Shown one piece after another: positions 51,457 through 64,000 of a stretch of DNA of 64,000 nucleotides; position 1 is the stretch's first letter, and every line of letters begins with the position of its first letter. The translations under genes were made by a program, and so were the position numbers. A model generated the notes under the pieces. The model saw only the letters and a list, made by a program, of their open reading frames with translations. It had not been told where the DNA came from and ran no database searches. This DNA is from Eledone cirrhosa (taxonomy: Eukaryota): positions 21,576,001 to 21,640,000 of the forward strand of contig OZ024742.1 of assembly GCA_964016885.1 (NCBI GenBank), given 5' to 3'.

Positions 51457-52127
51457 TGTCCCCCTTGCTTCTGCTGGATATCACCAGAGGGCGTTAACCT
51501 CCCACCCCCACCCACCCCCACCTCCCGGTGGTTGCATAGCTACGTCTTCCTAAAACTGTATTTCTTTGGAGATACGAAATATTTATACATATGTGTGTAT
51601 TTATGTATATATACATATATATAAATATACATATAAATTACTGAATAATCAAAACTAGTTTTGATTATTCTGTAATTTATATTCCTCCTTTGTAAGACAT
51701 CTGATGTATTTACATTGAGCTATTTTTCATACTGGTATTAAGGTGGTAAAAAATACTAACCTTTTCTGTTTATAATTATATATAGTGTATATGTAAGTAT
51801 AAATAATATTATTATTATAACAATACATATATATATGGATTAAATGTATATATACATACATATATATACATCTGTAAACCAACTATGCATCCCACACCCT
51901 GCTTGAATCGACAATAGTAAAGCAGCACCCACAAAATAGTAATGGGAAAACACCATCATGTGAACGGGTAATAAGCAGTGGGGGACGATTATTCAAACAC
52001 CGGCCAGAGTTACTCCCCTTGCTCTGTGGCAAAAACAACACACTTGTTTGAACGAAGAATGAACTTTGATGTAATTATAACCTTAAAAGCTACCCGGGTC
52101 ATGTACTGAACATTCTTTTAGTTTTCT

Positions 52128-52170
52128 ATGCCCTTGAGAAGTCCTTTTCGGGCGAAACGTACGTAGGTGC
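52128..52170 (+). ncRNA. Hammerhead motif, U3-A8 core variant (second copy)
   Basis: atgccc-TTGAGAA-GTCC ttttc GGGC-GAAA-CGTACG-TA-ggtgc. Confidence 0.75.
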
Positions 52171-52387
52171 TTTTATATAAACACGTTTAACGGTATATTC
52201 TCCTTTGTAATCATTTCACCTGTAACCGCTCTGCTTATATCCTCGTCCACTAGATATTAACGCTTCTAATCTTTAACCCTGTAGGCACAAGTATTGAGCA
52301 CAAATGCACCAGCTACTGGCAACTAACTATATGTATCGCTTATCTCTTCTTCTCTCTCTGGATACTTAAATATTCTACTCAACACAT

Positions 52388-52417
<30 letters not shown>

Positions 52418-52418
<1 letters not shown>

Positions 52419-52605
52419 GTAATTGTTTCTACTTTAGGCACAAGGCCAGAAATTACCCAGTACATTACTGGTACTTTATTTTATCGACCCCGTAAGGATG
52501 AAAGGCAAAGTTAACCTCGGCGGGATTTGAACTCAGACTGTAAAGGGACGTAACTATGCTAGAAAGCATGGCGTCCAACCCTCTACCGATACTGCCAATT
52601 CACCG
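52418..52605 (-). mobile_element. tRNA-derived SINE
   Basis: Reverse complement of the 40602 family. Abuts the 3' end of family A copy 2. Confidence 0.88.
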
Positions 52606-55600
52606 AAATTTGAAGACTAAAATCCAAAGAGGGCTCGATAAGGTTAAATATATATCAAATATATAAGAACCGTAGAGCAAATATTTATTAGAATAACATA
52701 TTAAAGTTTAAGCAAAGAATCGCTGCTTTCACCCTTAACGGGATCTTCTGAAACTAACAAAGTCAATCTGTGAACGCAGAAGTGAATATTTCAAAAAACG
52801 TTGCAACCGGAGGAAGACAGAAAGACGATAAATTGGTTCGTGGAAACGTTCCCTGGCAATGAACGGGAAAAAACGAATATAATACGTCATTATTTGGAGC
52901 GGTGAAAAACAATTACACGCAAAGACAAAACCACGTTTATGGTATAAAAGAAGTCGTAGACTAATATTCTATTAGGTGGTTCATAGAGACATTCTCTGGA
53001 AATGAACGGAAAACACGGAGATAATACGTCATATGTGGAGAACAATTGCACGCAAAGACAAAACCATGTAAATGGTATAACTGAAGTCGTAGACAAAATT
53101 CTAACTAGGAAACCGAATGATTCTCGGCTTCAGAGTTAAGAATAAAGTAAATAAAATACAGAGGTAATTGAAATTAAATAAATACATACACGCATCCATA
53201 TACGTACATACACAAGTATACGCAAAAAACTCGCCATAGGTATACAAATACACGCACATATAAATATGTGTGTGTGTGTGTGTGCGCGTGTATACAAATA
53301 ATTAAATAAACGTATATAAATAAATAAATAAATACGTATATAACAAGCGCACACACATACCTACATGTAAATACACATATGTTCGGAGACGTACGTCAAC
53401 CAAAACACGAAGGATACATATACACACACCCTACATACGTACGAACCCGTATAATCACACAGACGCAAAAATTCACGTATACACATAACCAAAAGCATAT
53501 GTACCAGAATATATAAAATATACGCCATAATATATACAATCAAATATACGTACGAGAAAGTATACGTGCCTTCACAAAACATACAGGTAATATATACTTA
53601 CTTATACAAATAAGTAATGGTATAAACATAACATATACTTAGCTACCACATCAAGACGTAAAATATCGACGTATAGATCGTACTATCCGTTAGGGTATAA
53701 TGTGGGGTTGTAATACAGGAAAGTTTTGTGCAATTTATGTTTACAAGCCGAAATTGCCTCAGATTTTTTGTTTAATGGGGCGTAGGGTATTTCCAGGGCC
53801 TCAGCGGCGCAGAGGTCACATGGTCTTTTATTTCCGTTATACGATCTAGCCCTAGCTAGGGTCTCCCAGTGTAACTTATATTGGGTGTGGTTGTCTTTTA
53901 GACTCCAGAAATAAGCTGAAAGTTACGTCATATTCCTTCTTAGAGGATAACGAAAAGAATGGGTATGCATGTAAAGACGCTGCTTGAATCTATTGGCGGT
54001 TAACCCTATGTAGGCCCTACGGGACGTGGGTGTTTCAAACTTACATTTGTAGACAATGTTATTAGAGAGGCATTTCCCGGATAGGGGGCAGTCAACCCGA
54101 TTCCTACAATTACAGTTAGTACTAACTACAGGGTTGCACGTGTTCCTACGGCTAGGTAGTTTAGCTAAATTTGAAGCTGTGATGTTATGTGCAAGGTTAG
54201 GAGTCGTAGAGTAAGAAATTTTAATAGTATTTCTATTAGAAATGTTACTATATTTATGTGTAGGGGGAAATGCTTTGTAATAAGGGAGAGTCAGATCTTA
54301 ACTAATGGTGTGACCACCTCCATATTATATGGTGGGTTATACTATATAATGCGTCGGTATCTATTTGTATGCTACCTTATCGACAAATCTACTCCGAGCA
54401 AGAGCTTCATTGTAATATGTGGAATGGTCGTTGAAAATATGCTCCTTAGTAGATAGACGGGAAAGCCTCAAAGAAACGTTTCTTACCAGGTTCTTGGTTA
54501 TGCTGGCAGGATGGTTGGAATGCTTACTCATGTAATTAAGCGTATCATTCGGCTTTCTATACGGGTAATACAACCCATTCAATAAATTGAGGGTAACGTC
54601 GAGGTAATTCACGACCGAGAGGTTGGCCTCAACCTGTATAAAAAGGTTGAAGCCTTTAAAGAAGGCTGTGAGTTCTTTCCTGAACCTGTCACAAGCACGT
54701 GGGCCGCACTTAGTCATGGTCAGAAGACCATCATCACGGTACAAACCACCGCCCGCGTTGGGGAATTCGTTCTTGATAGAGAAAAGAAGGAAAAGGTCGA
54801 TAAGATCAGTAACCTCCGCAGAATCGCTGGCGCCCATACTCACGTCGAATGGGGTACTATTAGAATTTTTAATCCAAATAGAGTCGTCGAAATTAATCAC
54901 CGACTTACATCAACTTCGAAATCCTTAACCACTGTGAGTGTTTTAGCGAAATTGATAGCTTTAAGGAGAAGTGGTAAAGTGATGGAGGAGTAGTAATTAT
55001 TGATGTTGAATTGGATAAAACGGCAATGTTCCTTGTTGTGTATGCCGTTGAACCAATCAATCACCGCAAAAGAATTGTTCCAGAGTGCAAGAGGGGCCAG
55101 ACCTCTAATTTCAGGTATAATTATATCAAGAATCCTTTTACTAAGTCTACCTTAATCGGACTTCGTAGGGTTAATAAGCCGAATAGAGGGGTTGTTCGGA
55201 AAATTGGATTTGTGATTCTTCAGGGTAAAGTGGGGAGAAATAGGGTCCAGACGTTCGGTCCGGTCCAGGATGTTGAGATCAGAGGTGATTTTAAACCCAG
55301 CATCGTTGATTTCATTAATGACCCACCGATTAGTTTTACGGTAATCCTTAGTTACAGCATTATGGAGTAGTTGATGGTAAGTACTGCTCCACTTGATATA
55401 GGTTGACAGTTTTGTCGGAATTGACGTGCACGGCATTAGAATCCTTAATAGAACAAATTCTATTCTTCAGGTCCTGCTGGAAGGAATTGCTCCTATCCCG
55501 AAATTTGATACTCCGTATGAGTTCCAAGACATCATTTTCGAAGGGTAGCAATGCTGGGTTACACGGAAGGTTATTATAGGTTTTAAACCCAAATTTATCC

Positions 55601-55750
55601 TGTTTGTTGTCTGCTTTTCGCGGATTATCGAAATAAAAGGCACGCCAACGCAACCTTTTAATGAACGCGTCTGTTTTCTGTATTTAGGTATGTTTTCCTG
55701 CTCGGTACGGGTATGTTCTTTGTAAAAATATTCAGATGTTGTTTCTGCAT
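52606..55750 (-). mobile_element. Penelope-like element, family A copy 2 (decayed ORF, ATG at 55750)
   Basis: Colinear with 3684-6885. Retains YRDDGL but has several small deletions and frameshifts. Confidence 0.92.
52705..52755 (-). ncRNA. Variant hammerhead (U4A core CAGAAGA), family A
   Basis: agttt-CAGAAGA-tCCC gttaa GGGt-GAAA-GCAG cgattct TTGC-TT-aaact. Confidence 0.6.
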
Positions 55751-56427
55751 GATGAATATAAGTCAATAGATTGCTCAACTGGGGGAGCCAAATAGTAATA
55801 ATAATAAATATATATATATATATAATTAAACACATGCACGCATAAAATTAGTAAAATAATCTAGGACAGTGTTTGGCTACCTTGCTGCATACTGTGACCC
55901 CGAATGCAGCAGCAGTAACGTTGGTAGGGGTCGGATCTCTTGCTAATTTTGCAATATACATCGGTAGATGTCATCAAATTGCAAAGATTAAAAATGCGAG
56001 ATGCTCTTCATAATCAACATAACAACATTGTTTTGATGACACTTGCGATCAATTTGAAACAGGTTTACAATGTCGCTGTTGATGTGTTCAATCTTAAGAA
56101 GTCACAATACGGACACAGGCCTGATGATAATGATTAAACAAGCTAAGCTCATAGAAGTAGGAAATTTAGTAGGGTAAGTCAGAACTGCAATTGGAACGTC
56201 AAAACATGGAGAATAACTGATGGTTTGTAATCCCAGTGGAAATACAGACAGCTTATAACTACAGACACTTGAAATCACTATAGAGAGCAAGAAGACAGGA
56301 GTTTGGCCCACAACCGTCAAAAGTCAAACCAAACGTAGCATTAAAAGTGGGCATGGCCTCATTAAATATCCAATAGAACTCATGAACCTGAATGAACTGC
56401 GTTTCGCCTTCGTTCTATCTAATACTC

Positions 56428-56500
<73 letters not shown>

Positions 56501-56505
<5 letters not shown>

Positions 56506-56711
56506 AAAATAATCAGGACCCCGACGGCAGAGTTCAAGCCGTTTCGACGACTATTTAGGACTATATGCGTCCTAAATAGCCGTCGAAACGGCTTGAGATC
56601 TGTCGTCGCGGTCCTGAACATTTTCCTATTACCCACTCTACTACCCAAAGTATCAAGTACTCTGGTGCGTTATGGTCCACCCGGTTCTTTATTTACCACA
56701 CTTCCTTCGTT
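56501..56711. mobile_element. Fold-back element centred on a hammerhead stem II (3' half-ribozyme on both strands)
   Basis: About 60-bp arms around tatatgc (56562-56568). Each strand reads hairpin-GAAA-CGGC..GYCG-TC, with no CTGANGA upstream. Confidence 0.75.
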
Positions 56712-56793
56712 ATATATATATATATATATATATATAAATTATTAAAAAAATAATGAATAAACAAAGAAACAGTTCCTTATATTAAAAAAATGT

Positions 56794-56931
56794 CATTATT
56801 TTACGATCGTTTCTAGGATATATATGTGTTAGAGTTGGTAGCATATTCTATAGATCTATGTACAATATTTATACAAACTATCAGAGGGAATATACATACC
56901 TACACATATATATGCTGTCTTCAGAAATAAT
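56794..56931 (-). ncRNA. Long-stem-II hammerhead in family E 3' pseudo-LTR
   Basis: Reverse complement of 60432-60570. Confidence 0.8.
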
Positions 56932-57081
56932 TGTTTCGACTTTAGGCACAAGGCCAGCAATTACCCAGTGCATCACTGGTACTTTATTTTATCGACCCCG
57001 TAAGGATGAAAGACAAAGTCAATCTCGGCGGGATTTGAACTCAGATCGTAAAGGGACGTAACTATGCTGGAAAGCATGGCG
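56931..57081 (-). mobile_element. SINE inserted into the family E pseudo-LTR
   Basis: SINE body is absent from the paralogous pLTR at about 60420. Confidence 0.88.
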
Positions 57082-57885
57082 ATTGATAAGAACAAAGATT
57101 CAATACAATAGGTCTGTTTGGGAACAGGTTTTGAATTGACCAATCAGGAGATAGTGAGGGTCAAGATAGTGATATAGAATTAGTAGAACCTTAAAATTAT
57201 GGGTAGAGGAAGGTAGATTTCAGTTTTGGATGGAAAAGAGTATTATGAATGAAGGATTACTTTCGGGAAGAAGTAGGTCATATGTTGACATCAGAAATAA
57301 TTTTATTTATTCATTAAATAAAACCAAACAAAGATCCATTATAATAATGGATTACTTTAGGGAAGATATAGGTCATATGTTGACCTCAGAAATAATTTTA
57401 TTTGTTCATTGAATAAAACCAACAAAGATCAAATATATTCTGTCTGTTTGGTAAGAGGTTTAGAATTAACCAATAGAAAGTTAATAATTGGCCAAATGGT
57501 TAAATAGTAGTAATTGAAACTTATTTTAGGGGTGAAACTAGGTCAGGTGGTCAGTAGAAGGTATACAAGCAGTTGCTGTTATAAAATAGTAGTGCCAATA
57601 CAAATATCTAAGGTGACCAAAGTATTAAGATAAGGATGTTAGTGAAAAAAATACATCTATGAAATGGATATAAAATTAATTAAAATGATGGGTATATTTA
57701 TATTGATAAAATTATACTAATACATATAGAAATGATAAATAAGAGTTAGATGCAGTTGAAAAGTGCTGTTAAGGATGAGGGGAGATTAAAAGAATATAAA
57801 AATGATATATATATATATATATATATATAGACATATATATACCTACATATATATACATACATACACACACACGAACACACACATA

Positions 57886-57917
<32 letters not shown>

Positions 57918-60430
57918 CACACATACATACACATACACACACAAATATATACCCATATATGTATACACACATATATATACACATATACACATGTACATAT
58001 ACATACACACAGACATATATATGTATATATATATATATAAATATATATATATATATTTATATACTCACACACATACACATATACACATATACATATATAT
58101 ATACACATATATATATTTTTACATTCACATACATACACACATACATACATACACACTTATATACACACACATCCACACTTACATATACATATATTTATTG
58201 GGGGGGGGGGATTAAATTTATTAGTGGGAAATAGTAAATATATATAGGTTTCAAGAAACATAGAGTCATAACCTGAAGTTAAAGCATTATACCTGTTTAC
58301 TTAATGGTATCAGTTTTAGGAAATGATATTTGTAAGAAGGAAAGACAAATTATGTAGTTCATCATTAGTTGAATATAAATTATAGGTTAACTAAAATAAA
58401 AATAAAAATAGTTTATATATTAATTTCTAAGGTGTATATTAATTAGGTTTATAATATTTAAAGCAGAAATATGTAGTTCATCAGTAGTAGAATATTAATT
58501 ATAGGTTAACTAAATTTAAAAATAATTACATATGTTTACTTAATGGTATCAGTTTTAGGAAATGATATTTGTAAGAAGGAAAGCCAAATTATGTAGTTCA
58601 TCGGTAGTAGAATATTAATTATAGGTTAACTAAATTAAAAATAGTTTATATATTAATTTCTAAAGTGTATATTAATTAGGTTTTTAATATTTAAAGCAGA
58701 ATTTTGTAATTCATCTGTAGTAGAATATTAATTATAGGTTAACTAAATTAAAATTAATTTATATATTAATTTCTAAAGTGTATATTAATTAGGTTTATAA
58801 TATTTAAATGTTTTTCTCAGTTTATGATTACACGATATTATTAATTCTTGTCGCTTATTTAATAGGATATCCTTAGATTTCATTATTTCGAAAAGTTCTT
58901 GGGAACACAATCTACATTCATTTCTACTATTTTGATAAGGAGTGGCCCTTTTAAGCACACTCCAGGTCAGGTCATATTCTATATTCCTCTTTCTATAACT
59001 ATTAATTTTTTCAGCTAGAGATGTTGTATTAGCTAGTGCGGCATTTTGAAAACTATATTTGTGGGTATTAAATCTTACCTTAAAATTGTTAGAGGTAGCT
59101 CCTATATATGAATAAATAGAGTCCTTAGTGTTAACTTTACATTTATATATTATGTTATTAACAAGGCAATTTCCTTTTAATGGACAGTTTGCCTTGTTTC
59201 TACAGTTACAACTTTTCGTGAATCCTGTATCTGAGGAGATATTATGGTTAGTTTGATGTACTGGTGGTATACTTATGGTTTTTTTACATTTATATGCATT
59301 ATAGGCACTTATATTTTGTTTTATGTTTTTGTTTGTTGAGGAGGAGAATTTAACTGTTGATCTAGTTAAGATTTGATGGTATTTGTGGTTTGGCGGGAAG
59401 TTTTTCTCTAGGATATTAAAGAATTTTTTAGGTATATTATCCTTAACTTGTAAATTAAATGGAGCATTATACCAAGTAACTCGTCTATTACGGTTTCTAT
59501 GTTGATTATTGTTTTTATAGGATGCATTCTGATGTTTACTAGGTGAATTATTGTTAATGACCTCTCCACACACATTTTTAGTTAGATTTATTGATTTAGG
59601 TGTTTTAGCTTGTTTATTAGGAGTTTTATTATTAACATTTATTAGAGTTGTAGGATGAGTAGTTTTTTGAGAGTTACTATACTGTATATTAGAAGAGTTA
59701 GAGAAATTTGGTTTTATGTTGCTATTTTGGGGTATAGTGTGAGTGGAATTTAGGTGTGTACGTTTCATTTGGTGTTTGTTGGTAATATTAGGTTGTATGT
59801 TTGTAGTATTATTGGTAGAAGGTATATATACTAATCTATTTTTGTGGCCACTTCTAGCTAGAGCTTCGCTATAAAAGGTCCATTTTTATCAAATACATCT
59901 TGGTTAGACGAAAGGTTAGAAATTCTAAGTGATATATTATATGCAAGGTTTTTAAGGATATATTTAGGGTAATTAGATTGTGAGTGTATGTAGTGTAAAT
60001 TTTGGTTGGGTTTATGGTAAGGTTGGTAAATACCCGTAGATAAGTCTAATGTTATATCTAGGAAATTAACTACTTTACTTGTGTTTTCAAATGTAATATC
60101 TAGACTATAATAGTCTTTAAGGAAAGTTCTAATAAGCTTTTTATTTTTTTCTATCTCTGAGAGGCTAAGGTTATTGGAAAGAAGAAGACAGTCGTCACGA
60201 TATAAACCACCTTTAAGGTGGGGAAAGGAAGCATTTATGTTAAAAAGAAGAAAGAGGCCCACAAGATCAGTAATTTGGGCAGAATTGCTTGAGATTACTA
60301 TGTGTTTCTGGTCCAGTATTCATTCTATATCACTATCTTGACCCTCACTATCTCCTGATTGGTCAATTCAAAACCTGTTCCCAAACAGACCTATTGTATT
60401 GAATCTTTGTTCTTATCAATAAACAAGTAT

Positions 60431-60570
60431 CATTATTTCTGAAGACAGCATATATATGTGTAGGTATGTATATTCCCTCTGATAGTTTGTATAAATATTG
60501 TACATAGATCTATAGAATATGCATACCAACTCTAACACATATATATCCTAGAAACGATCGTAAAATAATG
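60431..60570 (+). ncRNA. Type I hammerhead with 105-nt stem II domain
   Basis: CATTATTT-CTGAAGA-[60446-60550, atatatatgtgt..acacatatatat]-GAAA-CGATCG-TA-AAATAATG. Confidence 0.82.
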
Positions 60571-60914
60571 AAATTTTTTTTAATATAAGAAACTGTTTCT
60601 TTGTTTATTCATTATTTTTTTAATAATTTATCTTGACTCTGTTTTCCGTTTATTTTTCACCGAAAGTAGTTTTTGAATGCATCTTCTCTTTTCATGTTAT
60701 CCGGATTACATTGAGTTCTTCATACGGATTGGACACTACCGTAAACTTTTGGTAGATTTTTCTACATACTTTGCTCCTATTTTCACGGGGATATTCTTAT
60801 TTTTGTATTGTATGTGTATGTAAATTTATATATATATATACATATATGTGTATGGCTTTATAACTCCATATACAAATAGTTGAGCTCTTTTTCTTGTCCA
60901 TTATCCATATCACA

Positions 60915-63369
60915 ATGGAAAAACAATACTTGGGAACTTCTTTAAAGAATATACCATTACCTTCTAAGGATGATTTCTTACTTCTTATGATACAAAAAAC
61001 CAACCAATTTATCAGAAGAGTCAGATGGAGGGCCTACCACTTCGATAAAAAATCAAAATGTACAGATAGGAAGTATATGTATGATTTCACTACATATAAA
61101 AATCCACCACACAACTCTTTACTTGAAAACTTTGAGAAAGACCTTTTTAATTTAATCAAACACCTCAAATTTAAGAGGTATAAATTTAATTTTCAAAAGG
61201 ACCTTGATTCTACCCTATTGGACCTAAAAAAATCAAAGAAAAATCCATGTCCACTCGGACAAAACTGGAAACCTATATCACATGGATATTGAAAATTACA
61301 ATGAGTTCATATATAAAGAACTCAGGAAAAATTATAGAAAAACAAATAACGCGTCACTTACCAACATCAACAACAAAAGACACAGCATAGTGAATAGACT
61401 TAATATTGAAGATAGAACTGAACCTTTGGCATTGAAAAGACCACACTTCAACCTGAAAGATCATAAATCTAACTTTAACTCTAATCCTTCTATAAGACTT
61501 ATATGCCCTTCCAAATCTGATATTGGAATAATTAGTAAAAAAAATTTAGATAGAGTCATGCCACAAATAAGAAAACATGTTAATTTACCACTCTGGGAAA
61601 ACACATCCCAGGTAATTAACTGGTTTAATAATATTAGATAAAAATCCTCTGCTTCATTTCTACAATTTGATATAGATAATTATTATTCTTCTATATCATC
61701 TATACTCGTGAACAAAGCCTTGATATTTGCTAAAAATAGATCTAACTTAACTTTAGATGACATTAATATTATTACACATGCTAGACTAACACTAATGGAA
61801 TTTCAGAATGAATACTGGACCAGAAACACATATAGTAATCTATTTGATATTACTATTGGCTCAAGCGATTCGGCCCAAATTACTGATCTTGTGGGCCTCT
61901 TTCTTCTTTTTAACATAAATGCTTCCTTTCCCCACCTTAAAGGTGGTTTATATCGTGACGACTGTCTTCTTCTTTCCAATAACCTTAGCCTCTCAGAGAT
62001 AGAAAAAAATAAAAAGCTTATTAGAACTTTCCTTAAAGAATATTATAGTCCAGATATTACATTTGAAAACACAAGTAAAGTAGTTAATTTCCTAGATATA
62101 ACATTAGACTTATCTACGGGTATTTACCAACCTTACCATAAACCCAACCAAGATTTACACTACATACACTCACAATCTAATTACCCTAAATATATCCTTA
62201 AAATCCTTGCATATAATATATCACTTAGAATTTCTAACCTTTCGTCTAACCAAGATGTATTTGATAAAAATGCGACCTTTTATAACGAAGCTCTAGCTAG
62301 AAGTGGCCACAAAAATAGATTAGTATATATACCTTCTACCAATAACACTACAAACATACGACCTAATATTACCAACAAACACCAAATGAAACATACACAC
62401 CTAAATGCCACTCACACTATACCCCAAAATAGCAACATAAAACCAAATTTCTCTAACTCTTCTAATATACAGTATAGTAACTCTCAAAAAACTACTCATC
62501 CTACAACTCTAATAAATGTTAATAATAAAACTCCTAATAAACAAGCTAAAACACCTAAATCAATAAATCTAACTAAAAATGTGTGCGGAGAGGTCATTAA
62601 CAATAATTATCTTAATAAACATCAGGATGCATCCTATAAAAACAATAAACAACATAGAAACCGTAATAGACGAGTTACTTGGTATAATGCTCAATTTAAT
62701 TTACAAGTTAAGGATAATATACCTAAAAAATTCTTTAATATCCTAGAGAAAAACTTCCCGCCAAACTACAAATACCATCAAATCTTAAATAGATCAACAG
62801 TTAAATTTTCCTACTCAACAACCAAAAACATAAAGCAAAATATAAGTGCCTATAATGCATATAAATGTAAAAAAACCATAAGTATACCACCAGTACATCA
62901 AACTAACCATAATATCTCCTCAGATACAGGATTCACGAAAAGTTGTAACTGTAGAAACAAGGCAAACTGTCCATTAAAAGGAAATTGCCTTGTTAATAAC
63001 ATAATATATAAATGTAAAGTTAACACTAAGGACTCTATTTATTCATATATAGGAGCTACCTCTAACAATTTTAAGGTAAGATTTAATACCCACAAATATA
63101 GTTTTCAAAATGCCGCACTAGCTAATACAACATCTCTAGCTGAAAAAAATAATAGTTATAGAAAGAGGAAAATAGAATATGACCTGACCTGGAGTGTGCT
63201 TAAAAGGGCCACCCCTTATCAAAATAGTAGAAATGAATGTAGATTGTGTTCCCAAGAACTTTTCGAAATAATGAAATCTAAGGATATCCTATTAAATAAG
63301 CGACAAGAATTAATAATATCGTGTAATCATAAACTGAGAAAAACATTTAAATATTATAAACCTAATTAA
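60915..63369 (+). pseudogene. Family E RT-GIY-YIG ORF with lesions near 61240 and 61640
   Basis: MEKQYLGTSLKNIP.., LKDHKSNF, QFDI.NYYSSI, YRDDCL, WYN, CNCR..CPL.G.CL, IYKC..YIGAT..FK.R..H, CRLC..E, CNH. Confidence 0.88.
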
Positions 63370-63862
63370 TATACACTTTAGAAATTAATATATAAATTAA
63401 TTTTAATTCAGTTAACCTATAATTAATATTCTACTACAGATGAATTACAAAATTCTGCTTTAAATATTAAAAACCTAATTAATATACACTTTAGAAATTA
63501 ATATATAAACTATTTTTAATTTAGTTAACCTATAATTAATATTCTACTACCGATGAACTACATAATTTGGCTTTCCTTCTTACAAATATCATTTCCTAAA
63601 ACTGATACCATTAAGTAAACATATGTAATTATTTTTAAATTTAGTTAACCTATAATTAATATTCTACTACTGATGAACTACATAATTCTGCTTTAAATAT
63701 TATAAACCTAATTAATATGCACCTTAGAAATTAATATATAAACTATTTTTATTTTTATTTTAGTTAACCTATAATTTATATTCTACTAATGATGAACTAC
63801 ATAATTTGTCTTTCCTTCTTACAAATATCATTTCCTAAAACTGATACCATTAAGTAAACATG
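63358..63862 (+). repeat. Composite AT-rich tandem repeats in family E 3' UTR (mirrored at ~58290-58795)
   Basis: tagttaacctataattaatattctacta-like block recurs four times, aaacctaattaatat three times. Confidence 0.85.
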
Positions 63863-64000
63863 TATAATGCTTTAACTTCAGGTTATGACTCTATGTTCCT
63901 TGAAACCTGTATATATTTACTATTTCCCACTAATAAATTTAATCCCCCCCCCCCCAATAAATATATGTATATGTAAGTGTGGATGTGTGTGTATATAAGT

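Larger units (their letters stand above)
50892..51592. mobile_element. Retrozyme-like 322-nt HHR unit: ~1.2 units (-) joined to a circularly permuted inverted unit (+)
   Basis: ctcgtctgtgtaaatgagg at 50895 and 51217 (period 322). Inversion near 51270. Confidence 0.88.
56735..60326 (-). mobile_element. Inverted 5'-truncated copy of family E with ~2-kb 3' UTR and pseudo-LTR
   Basis: Reverse complement of 61805-64000. Its end (56735-57177) matches 60323-60630. ORF pieces at 59858-60262 and 58785-59768. Confidence 0.9.
60323..64000 (+). mobile_element. Penelope-like element, family E (Hydra-clade-like), with 5' pseudo-LTR, running off the window end
   Basis: pLTR at 60323-60630, ORF from 60915, AT-rich repeated 3' UTR. 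Confidence 0.92.

Noticed and set aside
57245-57432. ~100-bp duplication with CTGATGT/CTGAGGT on the minus strand
   Set aside because: Part of the family E 3' UTR, and HHR stems cannot be built.
63660-63700. CTGATGA in the family E UTR repeats
   Set aside because: No matching GAAA or stems, and it is not conserved among repeat units.

Overview
AT-rich animal (eukaryotic) non-genic DNA, dense in (TA)n/(CA)n microsatellites. The tRNA-type SINE family and overall style suggest a cephalopod, probably an octopod (inference). No convincing host exon was found. The window is dominated by Penelope-like retroelements (PLEs: RT plus C-terminal GIY-YIG) of four coding families: C (Neptune-like, 648-3198 +), A (Hydra-like, two copies, -), B (Nematis-like, head-to-head pair at 22950-30370) and E (Hydra-like, head-to-head pair at 56735-64000). 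There are also many short non-coding PLE-type insertions. Reading by eye gives roughly 25 type I hammerhead ribozyme (HHR) motifs in about 13 sequence families. These include two tandem or circularly permuted non-coding units (437 nt and 322 nt) that look like non-LTR retrozymes, a U3-A8 core variant, a U4A variant, and HHRs with 60-105 nt stem II insertions. Many short elements are fold-back palindromes whose inversion point lies in or next to the ribozyme, and almost all element ends abut (TA)n. Also present: RTE LINE 3' fragments, several SINEs, a Helentron/HINE-like element and a 26-bp minisatellite. All structures and clade calls were made by eye, without searches or folding software.
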